Source: Raillietiella orientalis (lineage: Eukaryota). Taken from it: a stretch of 64,000 nucleotides of DNA. Below the pieces are notes generated by a model. It did not search any database and was not told the DNA's origin. It worked only from the letters and a program-made list of their open reading frames with translations. The translations under genes and the position numbers were made by a program. The stretch is from positions 2,976,001 to 3,040,000 of the forward strand of contig JAYWIR010000003.1 of the NCBI GenBank assembly GCA_036172245.1, written 5' to 3'. Below are positions 1 to 15,300 of this stretch, one piece after another (the first letter of the stretch is position 1; every line of letters starts with the position of its first letter).

Positions 1-280
1 ACACACACACACACACATACTCTACAAAGGCACTGCCCGCTCACGTGGCGGGCGTGGATTCGGAACACGAGGAAAAAGAAATGATATGCAAAGGTGAGAT
101 CAAGCCATCAAACTCCGGGGCCGAAGACATTACTGATATGTTTGCGCGCGCGCGTGTGTGTATGTGGAAGAAAAAAAAAAAAAAAGAAAAAAAAAAGGGA
201 GGGGGGAGGGGCATTCAATGCTTAAGGCACCTCTGGAAGATATTCACAGCTCTTCGACGACGACGACGACGACGACGACG
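1..280. repeat. Simple repeats downstream of the MEIOC stop: (AC)n, A-rich tract, (GAC)n
   Basis: (AC)n at 1-17, A-run at ~168-196, (GAC)n at ~256-280. Confidence 0.9.
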
Positions 281-290
281 AAGTGGAAGG

Positions 291-2145
<1,855 letters not shown>

Positions 2146-4099
2146 TATCTGGAACTTGAGTGTTACTGGACAAGAAACTTTGGCCTTTCCCAATAGTTGC
2201 AATTAGATGTACAGTTCTTCATAACTTTATTTCCCATCCTTACATTCCAAGAACAGTAATGCAACAAAACTTCAAAGCAAAGTGAACCGGCCACTCAACA
2301 CAAACTACAGTCTTGTTGGAATATTTCAGACTTACATCAACTAGCATAATAACATTGCAACTTAACACTCATAAATAATGAAAAAAACAAAAAACAAAAA
2401 TTTGCATTCCAGATGAAAAAAAAAAAAAAAAAAATTCCACTGCCACTATGGAACATGAACAACAAACACTTTGGAAAAGGCTAGGCAGTTTGTCCGATAA
2501 GTTCAAAACAAAAACTTGCTACTTACATGTTCACCAAGTCCGTAGGATGGCGAAACCCCCAGCTTTGTCTTTTCCTATCCAAAAAACGCCCTACTCCAAC
2601 CGCAGGTTAGCCAGTTCAATCAGAAACAAAACACATGGTAAACACAAAATCCCCCGCTGCAAGAAGAAGCCTCTGTATTACTATGGTTAGCAAAGAACAA
2701 CGACATCCATTCAAATCAATTCGCAACAACGGCGGATCGAGGGCCACGTTCGGTGTGAACAACACAAAGCACAACAAAACTGCGCTCCTGCGACGGAACG
2801 CTAGTGGTTTCTCCGGCGAGCGACACGAGCACGGTTCCTCTGCAGCCACATTATGTTAACCACAGTTTCCACACCACACTCCGTAGGCGACCTACCACTA
2901 CCGAACGGAATACAAATCCTAACCACGAAGCGAAATTCTATTCTTTCGGCAAAACTATATACCGCTTCGCTCGATTGTTACGTAATTGGCAGATGCATGT
3001 CGAGCCCTTCAAGAATGATTCCTTCACCGTCGCCGCACGAGGTGCCAACTCCTTTTTCCTAATTCCCTGCTGCTTTCCCGCGGATAATGCGGGCGCCGCG
3101 CTTTGCGTCACGCACTCACTCATGCCGTATATTCGAAATCTCACCCCGCTTTGGATGCTGTCCATTCAAAAGTCGATTCTCTGCATGTTTTTACTTTTTC
3201 TTTTCTTGATTGAACAAACTGCTACTTCGTTTGTGAAATGAATCGGAACGCATCGCCACGAACGGAGAAGCAAAAACACACACACGAAAAGACGCTGCTC
3301 GTCCCAGCGAAGCAACACTGGAGCATATTAAAGTCGGTGTTTCAGACTACCTGGTTACATGGAAAAGAAAAAAAAATGGCTGCGGGAATCCACCTATGTG
3401 GATTATTTTTTCCGTGCAACGTTACTCTGCTGACCGCTCCTGCCTTGTTTTCCATCATTCAGTTTCACTTTATCATTTTTTTTTTTTAAATGGAATCTCT
3501 ATTCGATGCACCTGTTCCATTTACTGGGGATGCACTGAAAGTTCTCTCGCTTTCGTTTTTGTAATTCAACCATGGATAGAATGGAAGATTGACTGAGAAG
3601 TTGGCAGAACATTTCCATTCACAAAGTCGAACCATTGCATTCGACCAACTACGTAAAAGTTTTCCACCAAATGCATATTCCCTTTTTGTTTCTCCACGTA
3701 GTTCACCTTGCAATCGCAATAAGGACAATTTGTGCCAACAAATTCGAATTGGTAATCTCGTTCCGAAAAGACTCGGTCGAACGAAAATCGAAACAGGATA
3801 CGAAGATTACGCACTCTCACAACTCAAAGATTACACCTCCACTAGAATACAGAACTCCATTGTATCTAGGTACACAGATTGTGATTCATCTTCTATACAC
3901 ATGCGTGTAAAGCTTGAACATGGATTCTCCAGGGATCTCAAACTGTCAAATAGGATGCGCTGGTACTTCCGTCTCCATGCTACAGCTTCCAGCATTAATT
4001 GTAACTATTACTTGGAAAGCATCAAACCTTTTTTTTACTCCGTTGCTACGCAGGTGAAATATAATGCAGATGACGAGCGCCACTTCCTTTACCAATGAT

Positions 4100-5600
4100 T
4101 CAAATTTGGCCTTAAGCTGGAACCTTCTTTCCAAAAACCGACTTTTTGTGTGCGCCCATTTTGTGTGCACAGATTTTCAGGATGCAGAAGGAATTCCCTT
4201 TTCTCGAAAGTACCAACCATTCCATCAACTACAGAAGCTTCTAGAGATCTTATCCACACAGCCAGGAAGAGCGGCGAAAAACAAAGTCAAAGACGAATTC
4301 TCTTTCCCTCAGAGCAACAACCGTAGCTGCAGCCGACGAAGATCGCGAAAACCATGCGACAGTTGCAGCAGAACCACGGAGCTGCTCGGGACCGGGTCCA
4401 CCGAAAGGAGATACCAAAGGGGGAGACAACGCCTTCCCACAAGATCCTGCGCTCCTTAGGCAGCCGGCCAGATGCTCCTAGTGACGAGACGAATGCCCGC
4501 CGCAACCCAAGCTTGCAGAGATTCTTGCTGGCCTACAAGAAATTCTCTCCTTCCCAGCTGCTCCGACGGCGACGACAAGCGAATAGACCAGCCTGCCGTA
4601 CCGATTAACACCCAAGACCCACCGACAAGAGAATTTGGCAGCCAAAGGACCCAACGGTTGCCTGCTTCAAGAACCCGTTCTCCCGGCTTCATGCTCCGCG
4701 CAGTGGCAGCCTTCCAGAGCGCCAGTTCGGGCAGCAGCAACTCATCCTGCTGTCGAGTCTTCTCATGGACCACTGTGAGAAAGGAGAAGAAAGCCTTCTG
4801 TCACGACGTGGGACGGAGATGCTTTCCGCCCCTTCCTTGCATTCGATCCGAACCGATGGTCAGCAACCCTCGTCGAAACATCGTCCACAACCTTTGCATA
4901 AGGAAATCACTGGCAGAGTCCCGCGGCAGTTTCGATCCGCAAGGGGGATCCCTCCGCTCCGTGCGCAACCACAACGGCCAGGACAAGTGCCTTAAGAGCC
5001 GCTTTGCCGAAAACGGATGCACAGAGATCGGGAGGGAAAGCACCAGGGGAGGAAGCGAACGTGAGACCTTTGGCGACCCTACCAGGGGAAAGATATCCGC
5101 CGAAGAGGGGCGTGGCACCCTCAGATGCTCTTCGCGATTCCACTGGCACCACCCACCCTTCCTGCACTCCCCCGCGATTGTGAGATTCGGCGGGAACCGC
5201 CGCCAGCGGCGCACCCTGCGGTCGGTCAACATGGCATCGTCCTCCGCTCATGCATCCCGGGCTACACAGCACTTGCTCTCGCGCCACGGGGCACGTTGTT
5301 GCCGCGGCGCGCTATGCCAGTCACTGCTTTCAGGATGCCATCGTTCGGTGACCGCTCGCCTGCCCAAGGGCAAGCGAACCAGAGAGCACTCTGCGCCGAC
5401 ATGCCGGCACGCGCACTGTGTACCAGATGTAAGGCACGCAGGCGCAAATCATCGTCAACCGATCGCCATCAACGAATGGAGCGGAGTGTTGCGGGATGAG
5501 AGATTCTTCAGCAGCGCCGCGGATCATTTGCCTCAGATGTTTCCGCATCTCCTGCCGACGCAGCAAACACTCAGGAACACTTAGCGATCCTCCCCCCACT
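4100..5600 (-). mobile_element. Decayed non-LTR retrotransposon (L1/Tx1-like) ORF2 remnant, RT and C-terminal part
   Basis: Frameshifted minus-strand peptides with a degenerate YADD-like site (A*AEDDAML near 5240) and downstream RT-like segments. No intact ORF. Confidence 0.45.
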
Positions 5601-6203
5601 CTCCCGATTCTTCTACTACTCCCAGAAAGTCAGGGTAAAGTTAGGAGACCGCACGCGAACCACGAAGCTCCGAGATGGGAGAGGAGCACAGCTGCTGCTA
5701 TCCCCGACCTTGTATCTGCGCCGGCATTCGGGCCAACGAAGACACCCTTTCGGCCGTCTCGAACTCATCCAAGCGGCACAAAAAGTCTTCTGAAAGGCTC
5801 CTGTATGGATTGCAGAGCCGAGAAAAAGAAATCGTCATTTCCGGCCTTTTTCAAGCCTGTCCCTGGCCCAAACAGAAACGTGGACTCCCGTCGAGATTCC
5901 CGTAACTCCTGCCAAACACACGTTTCAAACAACTGAACCAAGTTCGTTACCCGGGGAAGATGGGTGAATAACCAAAACCCACTCTAAGAGTTGCTACGAA
6001 CCATCCTCAACCACCCACTGCCCTCCATAAGGGGCTACCACGTGACTAAACTCGTCAGCCACCAGACGTTTAATGATCTTGAGAAACGAAGTGGAAGCGA
6101 CAAACAGCTCCACGCACCCCACAGGCATGACTGCCGCCGTCAGATCCTACTCACCTAAGACCGAATCCTCGCGCCAGCAACTACATGCGACGCGCACTCT
6201 GCT

Positions 6204-9200
6204 GCTCGATCCCGTCTTCCTGACTTCCGTGCCGGCAGACGCACTGCAACAACCCCCCCCCCCCTCTCTCCACACGTGTCACGAAAACCGGAGCAGCCGT
6301 CCTCCGTCGAATCACCTCCTTCCCACGTAACCAAAATGCACCCACGAGGTCACCACGAGAGAGAGCCGGCAGCGCCCACGATCACAGCTGCTGTCCAACC
6401 AGCAGCACCCGACCTTCCTGTCGCGCGCGCCACAGGTCCGTGGACGCCGCCCACGCGGATCCCCTTCCTAGCCCATCTTGGCGCACCGACGGGCCAGCGG
6501 AAGACGACCACGACGCCAGCCGCATGCACGCGCCCCGAGCGCCTGGCCACCGCGCACGCACGTCTTCCGCGCCTTGGCGCCGCCCTCCGGCACGGTACTT
6601 GGCGATGGAACGCGCGTGCGCACGTCATCATGGCCAAGTACCGTGCGTCGCGCGCGCCGTCCCGACTGCTCGTGCCCTGAGCCACGGTCGCGCCCGTGGC
6701 GTTCCTCTGCAGCTACGTTGCGTCCAAGGACAGGGAGCCAACAGCGGGTGCTTTGCGAAAGGAAGAGCAGTTGTCTCTTCTGCGAAAAGTCCACTGCTGG
6801 CTCCCCTCCCACTGCAAGCGGGATGGGAGTTGGTACGTGGCGTTGCTGCCGCTGCTGCTGTCGGCGTGCCTGCCGCCGGGGACTGCCAAATAGAGTGGTT
6901 GCTGCGCAGGCGTGGCCGGCCCATGGGGATGCATTGGTATACAGAGGAAGTGGCAAGCGACCGTGCGCTCGCTGTTTCTGCACTCTTTCAGCTTCCCGAG
7001 GCTTGCGTTGTTCAGCTCGTTGGCGGCGCACGCTCGGCGCTTGGCGGAGACGCGGCGGCAACGAGGCGAGTTGGCCACCCCCGCGATCGCTTCCCGCCAC
7101 TTTCGCACAGGCACAGGGAAACGGGCGCGAGCGAGCCAAGGCTGGCCCGCGACTGACCGACCCCTTGGGCACGCACGGTCCACGTGGAAGGATGTGCTCG
7201 CGAAAGGGGCGCCATCCGCGAGTGGCAGCCTGTTGCCCAGGCTCGGCCTCCGCTGGCGCTGCTCAGCGTTCGTCTTTCTTTGCATGTGCGACGAGCGAGC
7301 GGACGAGCACGACGACGACGAAGGGCACGTGCTTTTCGCCGTGGACAGCAGGCCGGAGATGGCGACGGCGGGCGCGCGCTCGTGTCACCGCCGTTGGGGC
7401 GTTTGCCCTGCGCAGTGAAAGGGCAGGCAGGAAGCATTCAGCCCACAGAACGCGCAAGAAGGCGTGCGCGTTGCTGCCCGAGCGCACGAAACCAGGGGCA
7501 AGCAAGGGACGCGGAAACGCCACCCTCTTCCCGCGGAAGAGCTTCCTCGGCGAATCGTAGCGACGCAGCGCTCATCTCAGCCCAGGCAGCATCCGTGTGG
7601 TCCCGGGGCAGAGGTGCTCGGCGCTCGGATGCGCGTTGCGGGGTTGCGTTCGAGGGCTTTTTTCTGATTGCAGCTCGGAGGAAGGGCGACACCAAGCCGC
7701 AGCATTGCATGCTCTCTGCCCGAAGGTGGTTGCATCGCAGACCGCTTTCGGAAGCTTTTCGGAAGGGCCACCGCCTTCGTTTCCATTGAAGACGGTTGCC
7801 AACAAGTTGCCTTGTCCTTGGTAGGGTGCGATGCTCATCAGCATACGCAGATAACTCTCTCGCGTCTTTCTCAAGGTACTTGAGATGCCGGCACGTGAGT
7901 ACGCGCGGACTTGGAACGAAAGAAAGCAGATAAGGACGTGAGACGATGCCACAGAGAGGACCGTCAGCAAGTCAGCTCGTTTCCAGACATTGGGGTTATC
8001 CAACTCTTTCGGCGGTCTGGATAGAAGAGAAGTGGACACACGTCGTCCCCACGTGCATTCGGAAGCGCGTTTGCCATTCTTAAGACAGCACCGCGCGCTG
8101 CTCTGAAGCGACGACAGCGTTGCGTGGGGCTGCCCAACTCTGGCGTATTCCTCGAGAGTTGCCGTCCAAGCGTTTGTTTCACTGCTGCATGATCTCTGGA
8201 ACCTCAACGCTTTTGTCTTTTTTACACCGGTTCTGCTGAGAATGCAGCTTGAGATGGTTCCTGATGAAACGACCGCTGGCAGTGGGCGGCTGCATCGAGA
8301 CAATTGGCACGGAAGAGTACGCTTGCTAAAAAATAACCCTGACCACGATCCGAGCCGTTCCATCGCCAACGATTCACTGATTCGTCCCGTGGAAACGTCC
8401 GGGGTCCATCCAGCGACTTTGCGAGCTCTTTGCCGTTGCCCTTCAAGTGTCGCCTGCACGGAGTCTCTTCACGGCATCGCAGCTTTTCTCCTTCCGCTTA
8501 GCACGGTCGTCGCAGTTCTTCAGCAGCTGCAGGTGCTGGTGCTGCAGAAAGAATTGCTGAACATCACGTCGCGAGCGTGTGCACAACTCGACCAAAAGGC
8601 GATCCAATGCTCGCGTCGTCCGCTCCTTGTTCACGGCTTCACGGCTGCGGGATGTGCCACGAACCTTGCAGAACCACCCACGGCACATCCTGCAAAGGAG
8701 TTTCGGCATTTGGCAACTTTCAAGAATGCAAGGAGCAATCTTTCTTTCGGAAGCATTCCCTCTCTCTCTTCTTGGTCCGACCGCTGCCACTTCAGTCGCT
8801 GATTCTCGTGCCACTTTTAGCACAGTCGATGGACATTCCCAAGGCGTTCAGCAACACGCACAGCACACCTTACCTCGCACCATCACCACCCACGAGCCTT
8901 TGAAGAAGAGCGTCCCACTTTTTTGCCTCGTCCTGTTCTCACCTCGCAACCTTCTCGCTTTCCCAACTCGTACTGTTCGGAACACTGCTCACATGACTCG
9001 GTTCCTGCTCACACTCAACTCGGAAAAGAACTCCGACCCAGGATTCGAACCCCCCCACGACAGCCACCTCCAACTTCCATCACTGCTTGGCAACGCCATT
9101 TCGCGTTGAGGGCAAACGCGAAACCAAAAACAAACACGTCCTCGTTCTTTCAGTCACTGCCAGCCAGATACATGACTCGGTCAGCGCTCAGCGCCACATG

Positions 9201-10511
9201 AAGATGGACCCCCGCATCCCGCCTCTTGCAGCTTCCATTCCACTCGACTCTTCGCTGACGGAGCAACAAATTTCCATTCCCATTGGATTGGACCCCGACC
9301 TACACTTGGCGCTTCTTTTCTACTTACCACCTACTGTTCCATTCCGACCCCTACCACCATTCGGTCGAATACAAAACGAAGCAACCCAAAATCATCAACA
9401 TCATGGCAATCCTGCGCTCCAATCCCTTTGCCAAGATGCACCTTGCGGTACATCAACCAGGCTGCGACTTATCTAATCTTTTTCACCAGGGCGAAGGGAG
9501 ATTGGCAGTCGACACCACCATTCAACCTATCCTTCTCGGGCAGAGCTGAACCCCATCTCGATAGGAAATCACACTCCTGCATCCGAATGTAACAAGCCAT
9601 AGTTCACCCCCATCCGTTCACCCCCAGGCTGCATCTGGATTCGAACCCTGAATTACCCTTATTCTATCGACCAAGGCCAGAATCCTCGTGGATAACGCAA
9701 AACAACGACGTGCAGACAGTTGGCAGCCAGGAGCCTCCCCCGCACTGTGTCCCTTGCAGAGCAAACTCCCCTGCGAGTCCCCACCGCCGCCGGATCACGT
9801 GCACGATCCGCTCCCTCTTCGCCCCCCTTATCCATGACGTACGCTCGATCGGCCAGTTCAAATGCGTATACGACCCCTTCGACCTCTGCGTAAACCTACG
9901 GTATGTACGATGAATGAAGAGATGCATGTCCACGTGGATGGGACTCGGACGTTCCACCGCAACCGCTGGCACGGAACTGCTGCCAGAGTTTCCCATTCCA
10001 GTTTTCTTTACCGGTGGACACCGAATGCTGCCCCCATCGACCCTTTCGAAATTCCCACAATTTACAGCACACAAACACATCCTGCGCAAATCGGTGCTCG
10101 CACCAAAAGCATAATTGCATCGTAAAGGGAATACGTGGATTTCTGCCACATCAGCACGTTGACTTGGGAACCCCACAAGGGTCATCACCGCCCTGTGGAC
10201 AAACTCTTCCCATTCAGCTCTTTCTTTATGCTTCTTGATGCTTATGAAAGATTTCCCATATCGAATCAACGCGGAAATACCTTGAAGGGAAAAGCCTTCC
10301 CCTCTCCACTGCTCACCTCCTCGGTCAATGCATGTATGACGTGTATGTGCATATCTTCGCAGAAGATGCGTGCGTACCGAACATAAAAATTTACGCTTTT
10401 CATATTTCATGCAAAATTCCACTTCGTCATTTTTCGCTCGAACGCCCTTCTTATATCAACGGTTGCAAAGTATTTATCAAGAATGTATACCACTTCAACG
10501 TATTACATCAA
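6204..10511 (+). repeat. Palindrome 1, left arm (inverted copy at 12366-16659); 6204-7599 also recurs in direct orientation at 43472-44863
   Basis: Mirror ORFs with identical translation (9664..10422 minus and 12455..13213 plus; coordinate sum 22877). Junctions read directly at gctcgatccc (6204) and gtattacatcaa (10511). Confidence 0.97.
7750..8900 (-). mobile_element. Probable decayed LINE ORF2 fragment, endonuclease-RT linker region (mirror copy ~14010-15150 plus)
   Basis: Peptides such as LAMERLGSWSGLFFSKR resemble the W..GE..S.YFF linker motif of L1/Tx1 ORF2. Multiple frame breaks. Confidence 0.35.
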
Positions 10512-10512
10512 C

Positions 10513-11539
10513 CAGCAGGCAGTGGCAGGACTGCTGTTCCTGCCATTTCCGAAAGCACTTGGACCAGCGAGATCCGCCTTGGAAACGGAATGGAGAGGAA
10601 TAGGCAATGAGGGAAGGAAATCGAAATAAATGAAAAAAATAGGAAACGGGAGGATTGGTCGAGAGGATTCGGGAAGGGATGAGATTCTTGTGGTAAACGT
10701 TCTCCTCGCCTCCTGAAGGATGCCGGCATGTTGCTCCTGCGAGGCGATCCCCAAGGGGTCGGAGGACAGCACAGTCCAACAGCAGGTGCGGGAGGGTCTC
10801 CTCCTACCCAAGGCTGTCGCACCGAGCGTCCACCCTCCCTCCTACCCCGTGTCCGGTGATGAAGGCGCTCTTCGCATGGGATGTGCGAGTTGCTGCTGCA
10901 TAGTTCGCAGGCAGGGAGCTCTTGTCGCGATCCTCAAGAAGAAGCGAGTGGAGTAACGGAAAAGGGTGGCGTCTGTCGCCATGGTTTCTTCCGGCGGCTG
11001 CCCAGGCTGCCGCAGTCGCACCAACTCAGCAGACGGCTGCCAGCGGCAGCGCGTCGTCCTGCACGAGCGGGAGCTCCGGAACGTCTCTGCGGTTGCGAAT
11101 GGTTCTGGAAGGGGCCGAGGGTTCTGCCGGGGGACACTGTCCACCGGCAGGTGCGGTGCGCGAGGGATTCCCTGTCCTCTCACCTGCGGCAGTTCGGGTC
11201 CACCCTCCTCTCCCGTGTCCAGCGATGCTGGCGGGCGTTTCCCTGGAAGACTCCGATGCCACGCCAGCAACGCCGACAGCTGTCGCTTCGAGGGAAGGGT
11301 GGCGGTGTCCATGGATACGGCGGGCGGCAGCAGATCTTGCAAGGGAATCTCCAGGAGCTGGGACTCAACGGATGATTGGTTTGGGTGGGGCACCTGTCCG
11401 CGCCTTCGTTAAGGTGATGTGCTGTGTGTCCACCAAGCGTTTTCTTCCTGTACGCTACTTCTAAGGAACCGTCCCACCTCGTCGGTAGGCAAGTGCTGTT
11501 TCGCTCGCTCAGGGAGGGCAACACTCCGGCGAGGGGGGC
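10513..11539 (-). mobile_element. Decayed L1/Tx1-like RT plus C-terminal zinc-finger fragment in the palindrome 1 spacer; direct duplicate at 47174-49115
   Basis: Minus strand reads ARCDSLG*EETLPHLLLDCAVLRPLGD (zf-RVT-type ET..H.L..C motif). The near-identical copy begins cagcaggcagtggcagg at 47174. Confidence 0.65.
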
Positions 11540-12365
11540 CACGAGGAGAGGCGACCGGATGCGCAACACGTATTGTTGCGCATCCGGCTGGAGTTGGCGA
11601 GGGGAGGGTGTATCCGCGCGAAGGTGCGCATGGTGTCGCGTCGCTGCGCGGCTGCCTCAGGGGCTCGCCCGTGCTTCCGCCACGTCCACGCTCGGGAGGA
11701 GTGGCTCGAGGAGTTTCGCGAGACGTGGCAGGCGAGCCGGCGCTCGTTCTCCACCAGCCGGAAGAAAGTGCACTCCGTTGCCGTGGGAACGTTGCAGGTG
11801 GACGGCGTCCGTCTGGGGAACCGTGTGTCTGGCACTTTGCATCTTGTGAAGCTGACCGTCGTGAAAGAGAGGTCGCTACCTCCCTGGGGACAGTGCCAGC
11901 GGGGAGCGGCAGGTGGAGAGATGGATCTAATGGAAAACAAACATATTGGGAATGGGATGAACTGTCCATCCGGAGTAGTCAACGTGACTGCCGAGGTCGT
12001 GCGGCGCGCAGGGAGGGGATGCTGCGTTCACTGGTGTCACTTTGGTTTGCCCACTGTCCTGCAAAAGTATTCTGGTATCTCACGTGATTGGGGAATTCCC
12101 ACGCACCCTTTGCAAGTGGCGATGGCGCCCGTGAACGGCTCTGCGGCGGCCGCCATCGACATCGCCGACGCCTCATCTCGCGGTCACCGCTGCTCGCTAG
12201 TGACCGAAAGCTTTGATTTCTACATTCTCATCTGGGAAAGCTGATTTTAATTGAATGAGAATAATAAGTCAATGCATGTGATGTGGATCGTCTGTTGAGG
12301 AAGCGAATATTTGGCTATTTGGCAATCGAATTCTATCTCGGAAGATTCGAGGACATCTGCATTGA

Positions 12366-15300
12366 TTGATGTAATACGTTGAAGTGGTATACATTCTTGA
12401 TAAATACTTTGCAACCGTTGATATAAGAAGGGCGTTCGAGCGAAAAATGACGAAGTGGAATTTTGCATGAAATATGAAAAGCGTAAATTTTTATGTTCGG
12501 TACGCACGCATCTTCTGCGAAGATATGCACATACACGTCATACATGCATTGACCGAGGAGGTGAGCAGTGGAGAGGGGAAGGCTTTTCCCTTCAAGGTAT
12601 TTCCGCGTTGATTCGATATGGGAAATCTTTCATAAGCATCAAGAAGCATAAAGAAAGAGCTGAATGGGAAGAGTTTGTCCACAGGGCGGTGATGACCCTT
12701 GTGGGGTTCCCAAGTCAACGTGCTGATGTGGCAGAAATCCACGTATTCCCTTTACGATGCAATTATGCTTTTGGTGCGAGCACCGATTTGCGCAGGATGT
12801 GTTTGTGTGCTGTAAATTGTGGGAATTTCGAAAGGGTCGATGGGGGCAGCATTCGGTGTCCACCGGTAAAGAAAACTGGAATGGGAAACTCTGGCAGCAG
12901 TTCCGTGCCAGCGGTTGCGGTGGAACGTCCGAGTCCCATCCACGTGGACATGCATCTCTTCATTCATCGTACATACCGTAGGTTTACGCAGAGGTCGAAG
13001 GGGTCGTATACGCATTTGAACTGGCCGATCGAGCGTACGTCATGGATAAGGGGGGCGAAGAGGGAGCGGATCGTGCACGTGATCCGGCGGCGGTGGGGAC
13101 TCGCAGGGGAGTTTGCTCTGCAAGGGACACAGTGCGGGGGAGGCTCCTGGCTGCCAACTGTCTGCACGTCGTTGTTTTGCGTTATCCACGAGGATTCTGG
13201 CCTTGGTCGATAGAATAAGGGTAATTCAGGGTTCGAATCCAGATGCAGCCTGGGGGTGAACGGATGGGGGTGAACTATGGCTTGTTACATTCGGATGCAG
13301 GAGTGTGATTTCCTATCGAGATGGGGTTCAGCTCTGCCCGAGAAGGATAGGTTGAATGGTGGTGTCGACTGCCAATCTCCCTTCGCCCTGGTGAAAAAGA
13401 TTAGATAAGTCGCAGCCTGGTTGATGTACCGCAAGGTGCATCTTGGCAAAGGGATTGGAGCGCAGGATTGCCATGATGTTGATGATTTTGGGTTGCTTCG
13501 TTTTGTATTCGACCGAATGGTGGTAGGGGTCGGACTGGAACAGTAGGTGGTAAGTAGAAAAGAAGCGCCAAGTGTAGGTCGGGGTCCAATCCAATGGGAA
13601 TGGAAATTTGTTGCTCCGTCAGCGAAGAGTCGAGTGGAATGGAAGCTGCAAGAGGCGGGATGCGGGGGTCCATCTTCATGTGGCGCTGAGCGCTGACCGA
13701 GTCATGTATCTGGCTAAGCAGTGACTGAAGAACGAGGACGTGTTTGTTTTTTGGTTTCGCGTTTGCCCTCAACGCAAAATGGCGTTACTTAACCGTGATG
13801 GAAGTTGGAGGTGGCTGTCGTGGGGGGGTTTGATGGAAGTTGGAGGTGGCTGTCGTGGGGGGGTTCGAATCCTGGGTCGGAGTTCTTTTCCGAGTTGAGT
13901 GTGAGCAGGAACCGAGTCATGTGAGCAGTGTTCCGAACGGTACGAGTTGGGGGCTTGAGAAGGTTGCGAGGTGAGAACAGGACAGGCAAAAAAGTGGGAC
14001 GCTCTTCTTCAAAGGCTCGTGGGTGGTGATGGTGCGAGGTAAGGTGTGCTGTGCGTGTTGCTGAACGCCTTGGGAATGTCCATCGACTGTGCTAAAAGTG
14101 GCACGAGAATCAGCGACTGAAGTGGCAGCGGTCGGACCAAGAAGAGAGAGAGGGAATGCTTCCGAAAGAAAGATTGCTCCTTGCATTCTTGAAAGTTGCC
14201 AAATGCCGAAACTCCTTTGCAGGATGTGCCGTGGGTGGTTCTGCAAGGTTCGTGGCACATCCCGCAGCCGTGAAGCCGTGAACAAGGAGCGGACGACGCG
14301 AGCATTGGATCGCCTTTTGGTCGAGTTGTGCACACGCTCGCGACGTGATGTTCAGCAATTCTTTCTGCAGCACCAGCACCTGCAGCTGCTGAAGAACTGC
14401 GACGACCGTGCTAAGCGGAAGGAGAAAAGCTGCGATGCCGTGAAGAGACTCCGTGCAGGCGACACTTGAAGGGCAACGGCAAAGAGCTCGCAAAGTCGCT
14501 GGATGGACCCCGGACGTTTCCACGGGACGAATCAGTGAATCGTTGGCGATGGAACGGCTCGGATCGTGGTCAGGGTTATTTTTTAGCAAGCGTACTCTTC
14601 CGTGCCAATTGTCTCGATGCAGCCGCCCACTGCCAGCGGTCGTTTCATCAGGAACCATCTCAAGCTGCGTTCTCAGCAGAACCGGTGTAAAAAAGACAAA
14701 AGCGTTGAGGTTCCAGAGATCATGCAGCAGTGAAACAAACGCTTGGACGGCAACTCTCGAGGAATACGCCAGAGTTGGGCAGCCCCACGCAACGCTGTCG
14801 TCGCTTCAGAGCAGCGCGCGGTGCTGTCTTAAGAATGGCAAACGCGCTTCCGAATGCACGTGGGGACGACGTGTGTCCACTTCTCTTCTATCCAGACCGC
14901 CGAAAGAGTTGGATAACCCCAATGTCTGGAAACGAGCTGACTTGCTGACGGTCCTCTCTGTGGCATCGTCTCGTCCTTATCTGCTTTCTTTCGTTTCAAG
15001 TCGCATGCTCACGTGCCGGCATCTCAAGTACCTTGAAAGAACGCGAAGGTCCTCTGCGTATGCTGATGAAGCATCGCACCCTACCAAGGACAAGGCAACT
15101 TGTTGGCAACCGTCTTCAATGGAAACGAAGGCGGTGGCCCTTCCGAAAAGCTTCCGAAAGCCGGTGAAAACACGCGGGCAGAGAGCATCACAATGCTGCG
15201 GCTTGGTGTCGCCCTTCCTCCGAGCTGCAATCAGAAAAAAGCCCTCGAACGCAACCCCGCAACGCGCATCCGAGCGCCGAGCACCTCTGCCCCGGGACCA

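Noticed and set aside
9664..13213. Identical 252-aa ORF on both strands (9664..10422 minus, 12455..13213 plus)
   Set aside because: Identity reflects the DNA palindrome, not protein conservation; no recognisable domain.
13200..13880. tRNA genes at GGTTCGAATCC boxes (~13230, ~13862, their mirrors, and 47721, 62614)
   Set aside because: No complete cloverleaf could be drawn; more consistent with SINE heads or relics.
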